A stretch of 12,392 nt of DNA from Promethearchaeati archaeon. Lineage in GTDB: Archaea; Asgardarchaeota; Heimdallarchaeia; JABLTI01. Both the position numbers and the translations under genes were made by a program. The notes under the pieces are model-generated. The model did no database searches, had not been told where the DNA came from, and saw only the letters and a program-made list of their open reading frames with translations. Below are positions 1 to 8,913 of the stretch, piece by piece. Each line of letters begins with the position of its first letter. Positions within the stretch are counted from its first letter, which is position 1. The stretch is taken from the NCBI GenBank assembly GCA_013166835.1, contig JABLTI010000104.1, positions 1 through 12,392 on the forward strand. The letters are read 5' to 3'.

Positions 1-2
1 AC

Positions 3-68
3 AAAAGTGAAATTATTAGGGTAGCAATTCGCGATTTATTGCGTGATGAATTGTGGGCAGCTGATTAA
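3..68 (+). CDS. 3' end (partial) of a ribbon-helix-helix CopG/MetJ-Arc family regulator (archaeal CdrS-like)
   Basis: Frame starting at 3 reads KSEIIRVAIRDLLRDELWAAD* (TAA 66-68), matching the 'RSEAIRxAIRDLLxxELW' second helix of small archaeal RHH proteins. The 5' part lies outside the window. Not in the ORF track. Confidence 0.8.
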   Translation, partial: KSEIIRVAIRDLLRDELWAAD

Positions 69-177
69 AACTATCATAATAGTTCTGTCCCTTTGTTCGT
101 GGAGGGCAAAGGTGAGCGGTGAACACCCTGATGAAGGGTCGAGACTAAGACCTTTCATCTCTAATTACTTTTTTTTT
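69..177 (+). other. GC-rich structured intergenic segment (three hairpins) ending in a terminator-like hairpin and T9 tract
   Basis: Inverted repeats: AACTAT 69-74/ATAGTT 79-84; CCTTTGTTC 90-98/GGGCAAAGG 104-112 (two G-U pairs); GATGAAGGGTC 130-140/GACCTTTCATC 149-159 (one G-U pair); then T9 at 169-177. Confidence 0.55.
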
Positions 178-236
178 ATTTTTATATTCTAAAAATTCTT
201 AAAGCTATAGTATAATTTTCTAGTACGTGATGAATT

Positions 237-1535
237 ATGAGTAAAGTAAAAGACCTCAAATTAGCAGATGAAGGGATGAAAGAATTAGAATGGGCAGAAA
301 AAAACATGCCCATCTTAACAGCTATTCAAAAGAGATTTGAAAAAGAGCAACCATTGAAAGGAAAGAAAGTGAGTCTTGCTCTTCACTTAGAAAAGAAGAC
401 CGGACAATTGATCAGAACATTACGGGCAGGAGGAGCAACAGTACGAGTTGCAAGTTGCAATCCTTTAACCACAGATGATCGAGTCGCAGCTGCACTCACA
501 AAATTTGATGGTATTGAAGTTTTTGCTTGGGCAAATCAAAGTACTGAAGATTACTATGCAAATTTGAATAGTGTTCTAGATTCAAAACCAAATTTGTTAA
601 TTGATGATGGTGCTGATTTAATCAATATTATACATTTTAAGAGAACGGAATTAATTCCAAATGTTGTTGGTGCTAGCGAAGAAACTACAACAGGTATTAT
701 CAGGTTAAAAGCAATGGAGAAGGAAGGAGCCCTTAAATTCCCAATAATCAATGCAAATGGTGCTTATTCCAAGCATTTATTTGATAATCGATATGGTACC
801 GGACAATCAGCACTAAATTCAATTATGACTATCACTAATAATTTAATTGCCGGAAAAAATGTTGTTATTGTTGGGTATGGTTGGTGTGGAAGAGGTTTAG
901 CTATCAGAGCAAGAGGTATGGGGGCACGAACAATTGTAGTTGAAGCTGGAGATAGAATGCCGTATGCAGAGGAAACAGAACCTTCAGGATGGCACAAGGG
1001 ATTAGAGGCTTTGTATGAAGGATTCGAAGTAATGAACATGGAAGAAGCAGCTTCAAAAGGAGATTTATTCATCACAGCAACAGGCGACAAGAAAGTAATT
1101 GATGTTAAACACATAAAAGAAATGAAAGATGGAGCAATGCTCGCAAACGCAGGTCACTTTGATTTAGAAATAGACATTCCCGGACTAGAAAAAATCGCTC
1201 AAGAAACTAAGGAAATAAATCCGAATTGTGATGAATATATCTTGAAGAATGGTAAAAGAATATACCTCCTCTCAAAAGGACGATTAGTTAACTTAGCAAG
1301 ACCAGCAGGACAAGGGCACCCTCTCGAGATAATGGATGGATCGTTCGCAATTCAAGCATTAGCTCTAGAATACTTGGCAACACAAGAAGGAAAATTACAA
1401 AACGAAGTGATCAATATTCCACCAGAACTAGATGATTATGTTGTAAGAATGGCACTTGAGTCACATAAAATACAATTACAACCATTAACAGATGAACAAA
1501 GAGAATACTTAACTGGATTTAAAGAAGGCACATAG
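237..1535 (+). CDS. ahcY: Adenosylhomocysteinase (SAH/SIH hydrolase)
   Basis: Family motifs LHLEKKT, SCNPLTT, DDGADL, EETTTG, KHLFDNRYGTG, Rossmann GYGWCGRG, NAGHFD.EI, GRLVNL and GHP. Confidence 0.97.
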   Translation: MSKVKDLKLADEGMKELEWAEKNMPILTAIQKRFEKEQPLKGKKVSLALHLEKKTGQLIRTLRAGGATVRVASCNPLTTDDRVAAALTKFDGIEVFAWANQSTEDYYANLNSVLDSKPNLLIDDGADLINIIHFKRTELIPNVVGASEETTTGIIRLKAMEKEGALKFPIINANGAYSKHLFDNRYGTGQSALNSIMTITNNLIAGKNVVIVGYGWCGRGLAIRARGMGARTIVVEAGDRMPYAEETEPSGWHKGLEALYEGFEVMNMEEAASKGDLFITATGDKKVIDVKHIKEMKDGAMLANAGHFDLEIDIPGLEKIAQETKEINPNCDEYILKNGKRIYLLSKGRLVNLARPAGQGHPLEIMDGSFAIQALALEYLATQEGKLQNEVINIPPELDDYVVRMALESHKIQLQPLTDEQREYLTGFKEGT

Positions 1536-1555
1536 AGGTATTGCAGAAATACCTC
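1535..1555. terminator. Hairpin between convergent ahcY and rfcS, possibly a bidirectional terminator
   Basis: Perfect 8-bp inverted repeat GAGGTATT (1535-1542)/AATACCTC (1548-1555) with a 5-nt loop, followed on + by a T-rich run. Confidence 0.5.
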
Positions 1556-1561
1556 ACACTT

Positions 1562-2566
1562 TTATTTTTCATTTAATTTTAAACCAACAAGATGAGCGAG
1601 AAGAGCTGTTAATTGAATTTCAGGGTTCGAACCTTCTGTAAGTCTGAAATCAACTTCTCCGATCATTTTAATCATTTCAACTTTTGTTTTATCGTCAATA
1701 TCGGTCATTACAATTGCTTCTCGGTGAATCTGTTTAATGACATCTTGTGCTGATAATCCTTGCTTAATGAGTAATTCTAAGAGTAATTTCCGCGAATCTT
1801 TGAAAGCTCCGGTGGTAGCAAGTTTAATCATTTTGCGGATTTCAATAGGTTGAGCTTTCCCAGTTGCATTGTAAATCTCTTCCTCAGTAATCTCTTTGCC
1901 AAGAATGGCGGAAGATTGGAGGACATTAGTTCCTCTTCGTAAGTCTCCCTCGGAGACATAAATAATTGCATCAACACCTTCAGGAGTTATGGCGATATTT
2001 TCTTTCTTTATGATATTTTGAAGATATTTCTTAGTGTCCTTCTCACTGAGAGGTGAGAAACGGAAGAGCGCACAACGAGATTGAATAGGTTCAATGATTC
2101 TTGAACTATAATTACAAATGAGAATGAACCGGCAAGTAGTACTGTATTTCTCCATGGTGCGTCGAAGAGCATGCTGAGCATCAGTAGTCATAGAATCGGC
2201 TTCATCCAAAATAATAACCCTAAAAGGAGCATTAATAGCCATAAGATGGGCAAAATTCTTGATACGTTCCCTCACAACATTAATACCGCGTTCATCAGAA
2301 GCGTTTAATTCTAAATATGGAACATTTGTTTGAAGCTGATCTTCTTTACGACCAAAGACATCAAAATCACCAAGGAGTTCGTTTATTAGAACGAGAGCCG
2401 CAGTGGTTTTGCCTGTACCGGGGGGACCAGCAAACAACAAGTGAGGCATAGTTCCAGCTTCAATAAAACCTTTTAATCGATTCTTAATCTCATGTTGATT
2501 AATGATGTCCTTGAGAAGTTTCGGACGGTATTTCTCAGCCCAGAGCATTTCTTTGTAACCTTCCAA
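1562..2566 (-). CDS. rfcS: Replication factor C small subunit (clamp loader)
   Basis: WAEKYRP, PHLLFAGPPGTGKTT (Walker A), LELNASDERG, IILDEAD (Walker B), ALRRTME, CRFIL.CNY, IQSRC. TTG start at 2566; ATG at 2548 is an alternative. Confidence 0.97.
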   Translation of the reverse strand: MEGYKEMLWAEKYRPKLLKDIINQHEIKNRLKGFIEAGTMPHLLFAGPPGTGKTTAALVLINELLGDFDVFGRKEDQLQTNVPYLELNASDERGINVVRERIKNFAHLMAINAPFRVIILDEADSMTTDAQHALRRTMEKYSTTCRFILICNYSSRIIEPIQSRCALFRFSPLSEKDTKKYLQNIIKKENIAITPEGVDAIIYVSEGDLRRGTNVLQSSAILGKEITEEEIYNATGKAQPIEIRKMIKLATTGAFKDSRKLLLELLIKQGLSAQDVIKQIHREAIVMTDIDDKTKVEMIKMIGEVDFRLTEGSNPEIQLTALLAHLVGLKLNEK

Positions 2567-2686
2567 TTTATTTCTATCGCAGACGATATCATGTTAACTT
2601 TTTATTATTTTCTATTGCCTTTGACTTAAAATAAAACATCGTATTATAACTAATTAGTAGTGCCCCTTTTTAAACATAGTATGTTC

Positions 2687-2761
2687 AAAAAATAAGAGAA
2701 AAGAAAAGGAGATGACGGAAGCGGTGGTGGGTGATCATGCACCACCACTCCAGTATTCGTC
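2687..2761 (-). terminator. GC-rich hairpin plus pyrimidine/T tract downstream of tfb
   Basis: Core stem GTGGTG-G-GTG (2724-2733)/CACCACCAC (2740-2748), extendable by GGA/TCC and GAC/GTC. On the minus strand it is followed by CCTTTTCTTTTCTCTTATTTTTT. Confidence 0.45.
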
Positions 2762-2792
2762 TATGAGATTGTAAAAGAAGGTTTGAGACCCT

Positions 2793-3785
2793 TTAGAATT
2801 TCTTGTAGGGATCTCTAACATATACTGGTGTCGCAGCAGCCCCTCTTTTTACAGTGACTTGACCAATTTCTAATGCTTTAACCAATTCCTTGAATCTATT
2901 TCGCAATGTTACAGGAGTGGTTTTAGCAGCTTCAGCAACTTGTTGCTGAGTTCTTCTTTCGCCAGTCTGAATTCCTGCTATGTAAATTACTGCAGCAGCT
3001 ATAGACATAGGATTCTTCCCAACATCGAGTCTAAATTCTCTAACTGTTTTGAGAATCTCTATAGCTCTATTTTGGGTGTGCATTGTAATTTTTAATTCAG
3101 TTCCTAGTCTTGACACAAGCTGTGCTGGATCGATTGGGGTTGGTTTTATCCCTAACTCAACGATATAGACTCTTACACACCGTGCCAATTCTTTGCGATC
3201 CACTTTACCAGTGGTGCAAATATCTTTGAGTGTTTTAGGAACGTTATGTGTTCTGCATGCAATATAAATCGCAGAAGCCGTCATAGAATCTATACTTCTC
3301 CCACGGATTAGTTTAGCTTTTAATGCTCTTCTGTAATAGATTGCTGCTGATTCTGTAATATCTTCGGATATACCTAATTGACTGGCAATCCTTTTTAATT
3401 CAAAGATAGCATCTCGTAGATTCCTTGCTTCTGATCTACCAGTTCTTCTGTTTAGCCATCTTAACCTATTCATTCTTGCTATTGTGGACGGACTTAAACT
3501 CTTGCCGGATATATCTTTGTAACCGGTACCTATTTGTGTTCTTAATCCCTTATCAATTTTCAAATTTGAGGTCGGAGCGCCAACTCTTTCTCGAGCGTTT
3601 TGCTCACTTTTTGTAAAGGCTCTCCACTCTGGGCCTGAGCTTATAATGATATCTTGAACAGCACCACAACTAGTGCATATTCTCTCACCTCGAGAAGTGT
3701 CATTTATTAAGGCGTCAGAACCACAGACCTTACAATTAGTTTGCGAGTCGTCTTGCTCTTCCCTTACTTCTGTTTTATTCAACAA
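2793..3785 (-). CDS. tfb: Transcription initiation factor IIB (archaeal TFB)
   Basis: Zn ribbon CKVC...CTSCG, B-reader GPEWRAF...RVGAP, two cyclin repeats (LIRGRSI, GKNP.SIAAA), C-terminal HTH RTQQQVAEAAKTTPVTLRNRFKEL. TTG start with GGTG SD-like motif at 3798-3795. Confidence 0.97.
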   Translation of the reverse strand: MLNKTEVREEQDDSQTNCKVCGSDALINDTSRGERICTSCGAVQDIIISSGPEWRAFTKSEQNARERVGAPTSNLKIDKGLRTQIGTGYKDISGKSLSPSTIARMNRLRWLNRRTGRSEARNLRDAIFELKRIASQLGISEDITESAAIYYRRALKAKLIRGRSIDSMTASAIYIACRTHNVPKTLKDICTTGKVDRKELARCVRVYIVELGIKPTPIDPAQLVSRLGTELKITMHTQNRAIEILKTVREFRLDVGKNPMSIAAAVIYIAGIQTGERRTQQQVAEAAKTTPVTLRNRFKELVKALEIGQVTVKRGAAATPVYVRDPYKKF

Positions 3786-3896
3786 TTTTTATTACACCAA
3801 ATATTCTTTTTTTTAGTACTACAACAAGGATAAGCTCTTACTCTCTTACTCAGTATTAGAGTAGGACTACCTTGGTGGTATATCTCTCTATATTCA

Positions 3897-3910
3897 TATA
3901 TAAACCTTCC
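3897..3910 (-). promoter_or_regulatory. Candidate BRE-TATA promoter of tfb
   Basis: Minus strand reads GGAAGG-TTTATATA: a purine-rich BRE followed by a canonical archaeal TATA box, about 110 nt upstream of the start codon. Confidence 0.55.
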
Positions 3911-4059
3911 GCCCAGTTTTTCAAGCAAAGCATTCCCCCTAATAGTACCCTGTACTATAGGGAAACAAGAATAATTATCCCACTATAAGTGTGAGAATAG
4001 ATTTATTGTCAATATATAGTGAAAATAAGTAAAAAATAAAGAAAGATAAAAGAGAAAAA

Positions 4060-4485
4060 TTAGTGTTTAACGTCAAAATCTGGACTGACATTACCACGGC
4101 ATTTTCCATAGAAGAAATCTTTTGCACACCAAGTGGTTTTACCGCCTTCAAATGCAAAATTAATTTCACCAGAGTCATAAATTACTCTATCATTTATCTC
4201 AACAACAATCTTATTCAGAATCCATTTATCAGCATGAACACTACGTTCTTTCTTAATGCAGAAATATTGGAACCAATCAGATGTTAAGCCTTCAGGAATA
4301 TCTAAATCGAAATCATCGGTTCGACCTTTTTCAAAATCATCACAGAATGGATGATCTAAATCCCATGTGTGTTCTCCAATGTACAATTTTATTGGGTCAT
4401 CAGTACCACTTCCACGTTTATTATCAGTTGTAACTGTCACTTTCATCTTGTGTATAATTTCACACATATCATCGTCTTCAGACAT
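4060..4485 (-). CDS. Stand-alone PLAT/LH2 domain protein
   Basis: KVTVTT....SGTDDPIKLYI, FEKGRTDDFDL and W.LNKIVV match the PLAT pattern (V.V.T....AGTDA.V.I.L; FERG..D.F; W.L..V.V). ATG start with GGAGG SD at 4499-4495. Confidence 0.8.
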   Translation of the reverse strand: MSEDDDMCEIIHKMKVTVTTDNKRGSGTDDPIKLYIGEHTWDLDHPFCDDFEKGRTDDFDLDIPEGLTSDWFQYFCIKKERSVHADKWILNKIVVEINDRVIYDSGEINFAFEGGKTTWCAKDFFYGKCRGNVSPDFDVKH

Positions 4486-4648
4486 TGTTTTTTTCCTCCA
4501 ATTTTTAGAAATTCAATAATATTTTGTTCTAATTACCATATATAATTCTTCTTACTAAAAGTTGCTAGTTTATTTTCTTTACAAATCAAGTGGATTTTTT
4601 TTATATTTCTACGAAATTGTTCTCAGAATAAAAAAGAAAATGTTGGAA

Positions 4649-6022
4649 CTAATTACTGGGTTTTCCAACACCATAAGCTGCGAAGCCTTTCTTTCGGAAT
4701 TCTTCTAATTTTATGACGTCTCGTCCATCAATAATAATTGGTGTTTTCATTCTGTCTTTTAACCAATCAGCTTTCAAGTCAAAGTATTCTTTGTGCTTTA
4801 CGAAAATAACTGCAATGTCTGCATCTTTAACGGTCTCTTCAAGATCTTTTGAAACCGTGTATGGAAATTCTCGTTGACGAACCAAAGGATCATGAATTAC
4901 CCATTTCACTCCTTCTTTCTCGAGTAGCTCAACATAAGTTTCAGTAGGGGAATTTCTTGTATCTTCTGAGTTTTCAATGAAAGAAGCGCCTAAGATAGCG
5001 ACCTTTGCTTTGGTAAAATCAATGCCTGCATCCTTTGCTCCTTTTTTAGCTAGGGTCACCATATGAGAAGGCATCATTTCATTTCGCATTCTAGCCTTAA
5101 CGATTACATCAAAAGGCACGTCTGTTTTTCCGTAAGTATCAACACCATACTTCAAAAGCCATGGATCTTTTGGTAAACAATGCCCACCAACTCCCGCACC
5201 AGGTAAATGTAAATCACGATAAGCATTAGAATTAAATGGTAGACTATTTACACACTTTCGTACTTCATTGAACTTAACATTAAGTGATTCACAAGCGAGT
5301 GCAACTTCATTAGCAAAAGCAATTTGAACATCTCGATAAGTGTTTTCAACAACTTTAGCGACTTCAGCAGTAGTTGCAGAAACCGGAATTAATTCCTCAT
5401 TTACAATATGCTTGTATAACCATAACCCCTTCTTAGAGCATTCTTCAGTAATTCCGCCTATTATTCGAGGATAGTTAACTATATTGTTAATCAATCTGCC
5501 AACCATAACGCGTTCGTATGCAAAGACTAAGTAAAAATCTTCACCTGTTTTCATACCAGAGTTTTCTTCCAAAATGGGTTTCACAATGAATTCTGTTGTT
5601 CCAGGAGCAACAGTGGACTCAACAGCAATCACTGCTCCTTTTTTCATTTTCTTACCTACAGTAGCAGAAACTTCCCTAAGAGATCGATACAAAGGCTCAT
5701 GAGTATCTTTCTCTGTTGGAGTTTGCACATCGATAAGAATAAAATCCATATCTTTCAGAACATCAGTATCATCGGTTACTCGGAAAGTCTTCTTTTCCAA
5801 TACAACACGCTTTATCAATTCAGGTAAATCTGGTTCATTAAGGATTGGGCACTCGCCCTTATTTAAAGCATCAATCTTCCAAGCAGAACGTTCGGACCGT
5901 CTTTGAATACCAATAACATCAAAACCATCCACATCAGCAAATAATGCAGCTGCAGGTATGCCAACATAGCCCATTCCAATTACCGCAACTTTTGTTTTGT
6001 TAACCAATGGATACCAACTCAC
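4649..6022 (-). CDS. Nucleotide-sugar dehydrogenase (UDP-glucose/GDP-mannose dehydrogenase family, WecC/WbpA-like)
   Basis: VIGMGYVGIP, VQTP, ESTVAPGTT, ERV..G, AEVAKVVENTYRDVQIAFANE, catalytic PGAGVGGHCLPKDP, D.RNSP. GTG start. Exact substrate cannot be determined from sequence. Confidence 0.93.
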   Translation of the reverse strand: MSWYPLVNKTKVAVIGMGYVGIPAAALFADVDGFDVIGIQRRSERSAWKIDALNKGECPILNEPDLPELIKRVVLEKKTFRVTDDTDVLKDMDFILIDVQTPTEKDTHEPLYRSLREVSATVGKKMKKGAVIAVESTVAPGTTEFIVKPILEENSGMKTGEDFYLVFAYERVMVGRLINNIVNYPRIIGGITEECSKKGLWLYKHIVNEELIPVSATTAEVAKVVENTYRDVQIAFANEVALACESLNVKFNEVRKCVNSLPFNSNAYRDLHLPGAGVGGHCLPKDPWLLKYGVDTYGKTDVPFDVIVKARMRNEMMPSHMVTLAKKGAKDAGIDFTKAKVAILGASFIENSEDTRNSPTETYVELLEKEGVKWVIHDPLVRQREFPYTVSKDLEETVKDADIAVIFVKHKEYFDLKADWLKDRMKTPIIIDGRDVIKLEEFRKKGFAAYGVGKPSN

Positions 6023-6124
6023 ATGTAACTTTGATCAAATAAATTAAGAATATTGATAAATTCTCCAAGAATATCTCTTACTCTTTCAGAAAAAGTGCTA
6101 CTTATTACTTTTTCTTTCAGTTTC

Positions 6125-8242
6125 TCATTTTGCGTTAAGTAGTTCAAGCATTTTATTAATGTCATCTGTGGGAAACTTACAAAAACGATTAATACAGACA
6201 TAAGCTGTTGCGTTACCATTTTTCGTAGACTTATATTTCACAAAATCAGTAACACTGGAAATTTCAGGATTCTCCACATCTGAAGGCAAGAACAGAACTA
6301 CTTTATTTGGAACATATTCACTTCTTAATGCTTTTATCATTTCTGCAGTATCAGTTTTTTTGAGATTACCTACAATGACTACTTCAAATGATGGACCAAA
6401 GGCATATTCTAAAGCAGATAAAAATAGTGTAAATGCGAGTAGAGATTGTTCAATTGTTATTGAAAACAATTTGTTTATTTGTACTGCTTTTTCCTCTAAA
6501 CTCAAGTCCATCGTAATTCTAGAGATTCGTAACATGTTTAGCATGGCAACTGAATTTCCAGAAGGGATTGCTCCATCGTAAATTTCTTTCTTACGAACAA
6601 TAAGCTCCTCTCCATCATCTGGGGTGAAGAAGAAAGCTCCCTTATTTTTATCCCAGAAATGTTCAATCATCTTGTCATTGTATTGTATGGCTTTCCTAAG
6701 ATAATCCACTTTAAACGTCGTTTCATATAACTCTAACAAAGCCCAAATAATGAAAGCATAATCATCAATCATACCATTTATAGCAATTTCACCTTCACGA
6801 TAGCGGTGCATTAATCGACCAGAATCTGTTTCCAGGTTTTCAATGATAAAATTAAGAGCTTTTTCAGAAGCTGTGGAATACTCTTCATTTTCAAGAACCC
6901 TACTTGCTTTAGCAAAAGCAGCAATCATTAAACCATTCCAATCTGTTAGAATCTTATCGTCTTTATGTGGATGAATTCGAGTTTTTCGTTTCTCAAAAAG
7001 CTTTACTCTCATACTCTCCAATTTTTCACCTAAATCTTTAGTTGAGATCTTAAGTTCAGAAGCCAAATCTGTAATTGATTTCTTTAAATGAGGAATATTA
7101 CTTCCAGTCTTTTTCTGAGTAGCTTGATCTTTGAAATTGCCATCTTTCTCAAAATTATAAATTTGTAAGAATAAATTACCATCTTCTTTTCCTAGAACTT
7201 CTATTATCTCATCATTTGTCCAAACATAGAATGTCCCTTCTTCACCTTCGCTATCAGCATCTTCTGCTGAATAAAATCCTCCTTCTGGCGACGTCATGTC
7301 TCTTAGGACATAGGAGAGTATTTCTTCTGCAACTTCGCGATACTCGATTTTTTTCGTAGCTTGATAAGCTTCAACATAAGCAATAACTAAGAGTGCTTGA
7401 TCGTAAAGCATCTTTTCAAAATGTGGTAGAAGCCAAAAGGAATCAGTAGAATATCGATGGAAACCAAAACCAATGTGATCAAAAATACCTCCTAAACGCA
7501 TCTCCGTAAGCGTTTTCTCCACCATCATTAAAGCTGCTTTATTCCCGGTTCTTTTCCAAAATCGAAGCAGAAACATTAACTTATGCGGAGTCGGAAATTT
7601 CGGTGCTCCTCTAAAACCGCCATTTTTCTCATCAAAAAGAAGAGTAGCTTCACGAAAAGCTTCGTTTAATATATCTTGCTTCAATTCCTCTCCAGGTGTC
7701 GTATCCAAACTCTGGAGCTGAGAAATAACCTCTTTAGCTGCTAAACGTAATTCTTCACGATTATTATCCCAATAATCCTTTATTTTTGGGATCAATTCTA
7801 GCATCCCAATTCGACCAAAACGACTCTCTTTTGGAAAGTACGTACCCGCAGTAAATGGCTTCTTATCTGCATCCATTATAATAGTTAAAGGCCAACCACC
7901 ACTACCAGTAATCATTTGACTGACTGTCATGTAAATGTTATCAATTTCAGGTCTTTCTTCTCTATCAACCTTAATATTCACAAAAGTCTCATTCATGAGT
8001 TTCGCAACTACAGGATCCTCAAATGATTCATGTGCCATAACATGACACCAATGACAAGTAGAATAACCTATAGAGAGAAATATTGGTTTATCTTCCTTCT
8101 TCGCTTTCTCAAAAGCTTCTTCGCCCCATGGATACCAATCCACAGGATTTGTTGCATGTTGTAATAAATATGGACTTTTTTCTTTAATTAACCGATTAGT
8201 TTTTGGTTTATTTTTATTAGTGGTTTTTTTACTCAAAATCAA
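6125..8242 (-). CDS. Thioredoxin-domain-containing protein, YyaL/SSP411 (SPATA20-like) family
   Basis: [90 protein letters not shown]. The true start may be TTG at 8236, which has better spacing from AGGTG at 8249-8245. Confidence 0.95.
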   Translation of the reverse strand: MILSKKTTNKNKPKTNRLIKEKSPYLLQHATNPVDWYPWGEEAFEKAKKEDKPIFLSIGYSTCHWCHVMAHESFEDPVVAKLMNETFVNIKVDREERPEIDNIYMTVSQMITGSGGWPLTIIMDADKKPFTAGTYFPKESRFGRIGMLELIPKIKDYWDNNREELRLAAKEVISQLQSLDTTPGEELKQDILNEAFREATLLFDEKNGGFRGAPKFPTPHKLMFLLRFWKRTGNKAALMMVEKTLTEMRLGGIFDHIGFGFHRYSTDSFWLLPHFEKMLYDQALLVIAYVEAYQATKKIEYREVAEEILSYVLRDMTSPEGGFYSAEDADSEGEEGTFYVWTNDEIIEVLGKEDGNLFLQIYNFEKDGNFKDQATQKKTGSNIPHLKKSITDLASELKISTKDLGEKLESMRVKLFEKRKTRIHPHKDDKILTDWNGLMIAAFAKASRVLENEEYSTASEKALNFIIENLETDSGRLMHRYREGEIAINGMIDDYAFIIWALLELYETTFKVDYLRKAIQYNDKMIEHFWDKNKGAFFFTPDDGEELIVRKKEIYDGAIPSGNSVAMLNMLRISRITMDLSLEEKAVQINKLFSITIEQSLLAFTLFLSALEYAFGPSFEVVIVGNLKKTDTAEMIKALRSEYVPNKVVLFLPSDVENPEISSVTDFVKYKSTKNGNATAYVCINRFCKFPTDDINKMLELLNAK

Positions 8243-8282
8243 TACACCTAGAAAATAAAAAGAAGAAGAAAAACTTTTCTGG

Positions 8283-8756
8283 TTAACTTTGTAACTCCTT
8301 TAGCTTTTCTTTGACACTATCTACGTGGCCAGCTGCTTTTACTTTATTCCATGTTTCAGCTATTTTACCTTCAGGGTTAATTAGTACAGTACTTCTAATA
8401 ACACCAAAGTATGTTTTACCATACATGGATTTTTCACCCCAAGCACCATAAGCTTCTAAAACGGTTTTTTCTTCATCACTTAGAAGAAGCACTTTTAGCT
8501 CATGTTTATCTACAAATTTTTGATGACTTTTTGGTGAATCTGGACTTACACCAATAACTATAGTATTCATCTTTTCAAATTCTGGCAAACTTGCAGTAAA
8601 ATCCATAGCTTCAATTGTGCAACCACTTGTAAGATCTTTAGGATAAAAATAGAGTATTACCCATTTATTTTTGAAATTCTCCAAACAAACTTCATTTCCA
8701 TCTTTATCTGGTAAACTAAAAGTTGGCGCAGAATCTCCTACATTAACTTTTAACAT
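8283..8756 (-). CDS. bcp: Thioredoxin-dependent thiol peroxidase (BCP/PrxQ peroxiredoxin)
   Basis: [16 protein letters not shown] (peroxidatic PxxxTxxC), GVSPD, LLSD, YGAWGEK.MYGK.Y.G..RST. GAGGT SD at 8769-8765. Confidence 0.95.
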   Translation of the reverse strand: MLKVNVGDSAPTFSLPDKDGNEVCLENFKNKWVILYFYPKDLTSGCTIEAMDFTASLPEFEKMNTIVIGVSPDSPKSHQKFVDKHELKVLLLSDEEKTVLEAYGAWGEKSMYGKTYFGVIRSTVLINPEGKIAETWNKVKAAGHVDSVKEKLKELQS

Positions 8757-8913
8757 TAATAATTACCTCAGTTTTTTCGTGTTATCTTCGAAATAACATC
8801 TAATTAACATAAATCGCTTAAAAGTATTAAACTAATGATTCAGATTCTAAGAAAAAACATGCCAATTAGATAACTAAGTGTATTGATAATATAAAAACAA
8901 AAGAAAGAAGAAA

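Noticed and set aside
43-131. Canonical C/D box sRNA (GTGATGA ... CTGA ... CTGA)
   Set aside because: No suitably placed C' box, the spacing is too long, and box C lies within coding sequence.
128-160. Hammerhead ribozyme (CTGATGA followed by a stem)
   Set aside because: No GAAA follows stem II, and the GATGA is itself base-paired in the hairpin.
554-1114. Minus-strand ORFs 554-751 and 764-1114
   Set aside because: Antisense shadows of ahcY with no recognisable motifs.
1562-2566. Intein in RfcS
   Set aside because: Normal protein length and contiguous motifs at the usual insertion sites.
2709-2761. SECIS element
   Set aside because: tfb ends in TAA with no in-frame TGA, and the SECIS core geometry is not evident.
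3425-4287. ORFs 3425-3616, 3975-4178 and 4063-4287
   Set aside because: They overlap tfb or the PLAT gene and are low-complexity, with no motifs.
6019-6581. ORFs 6019-6219 and 6360-6581
   Set aside because: Alternative-frame or antisense overlaps of the YyaL-family gene.
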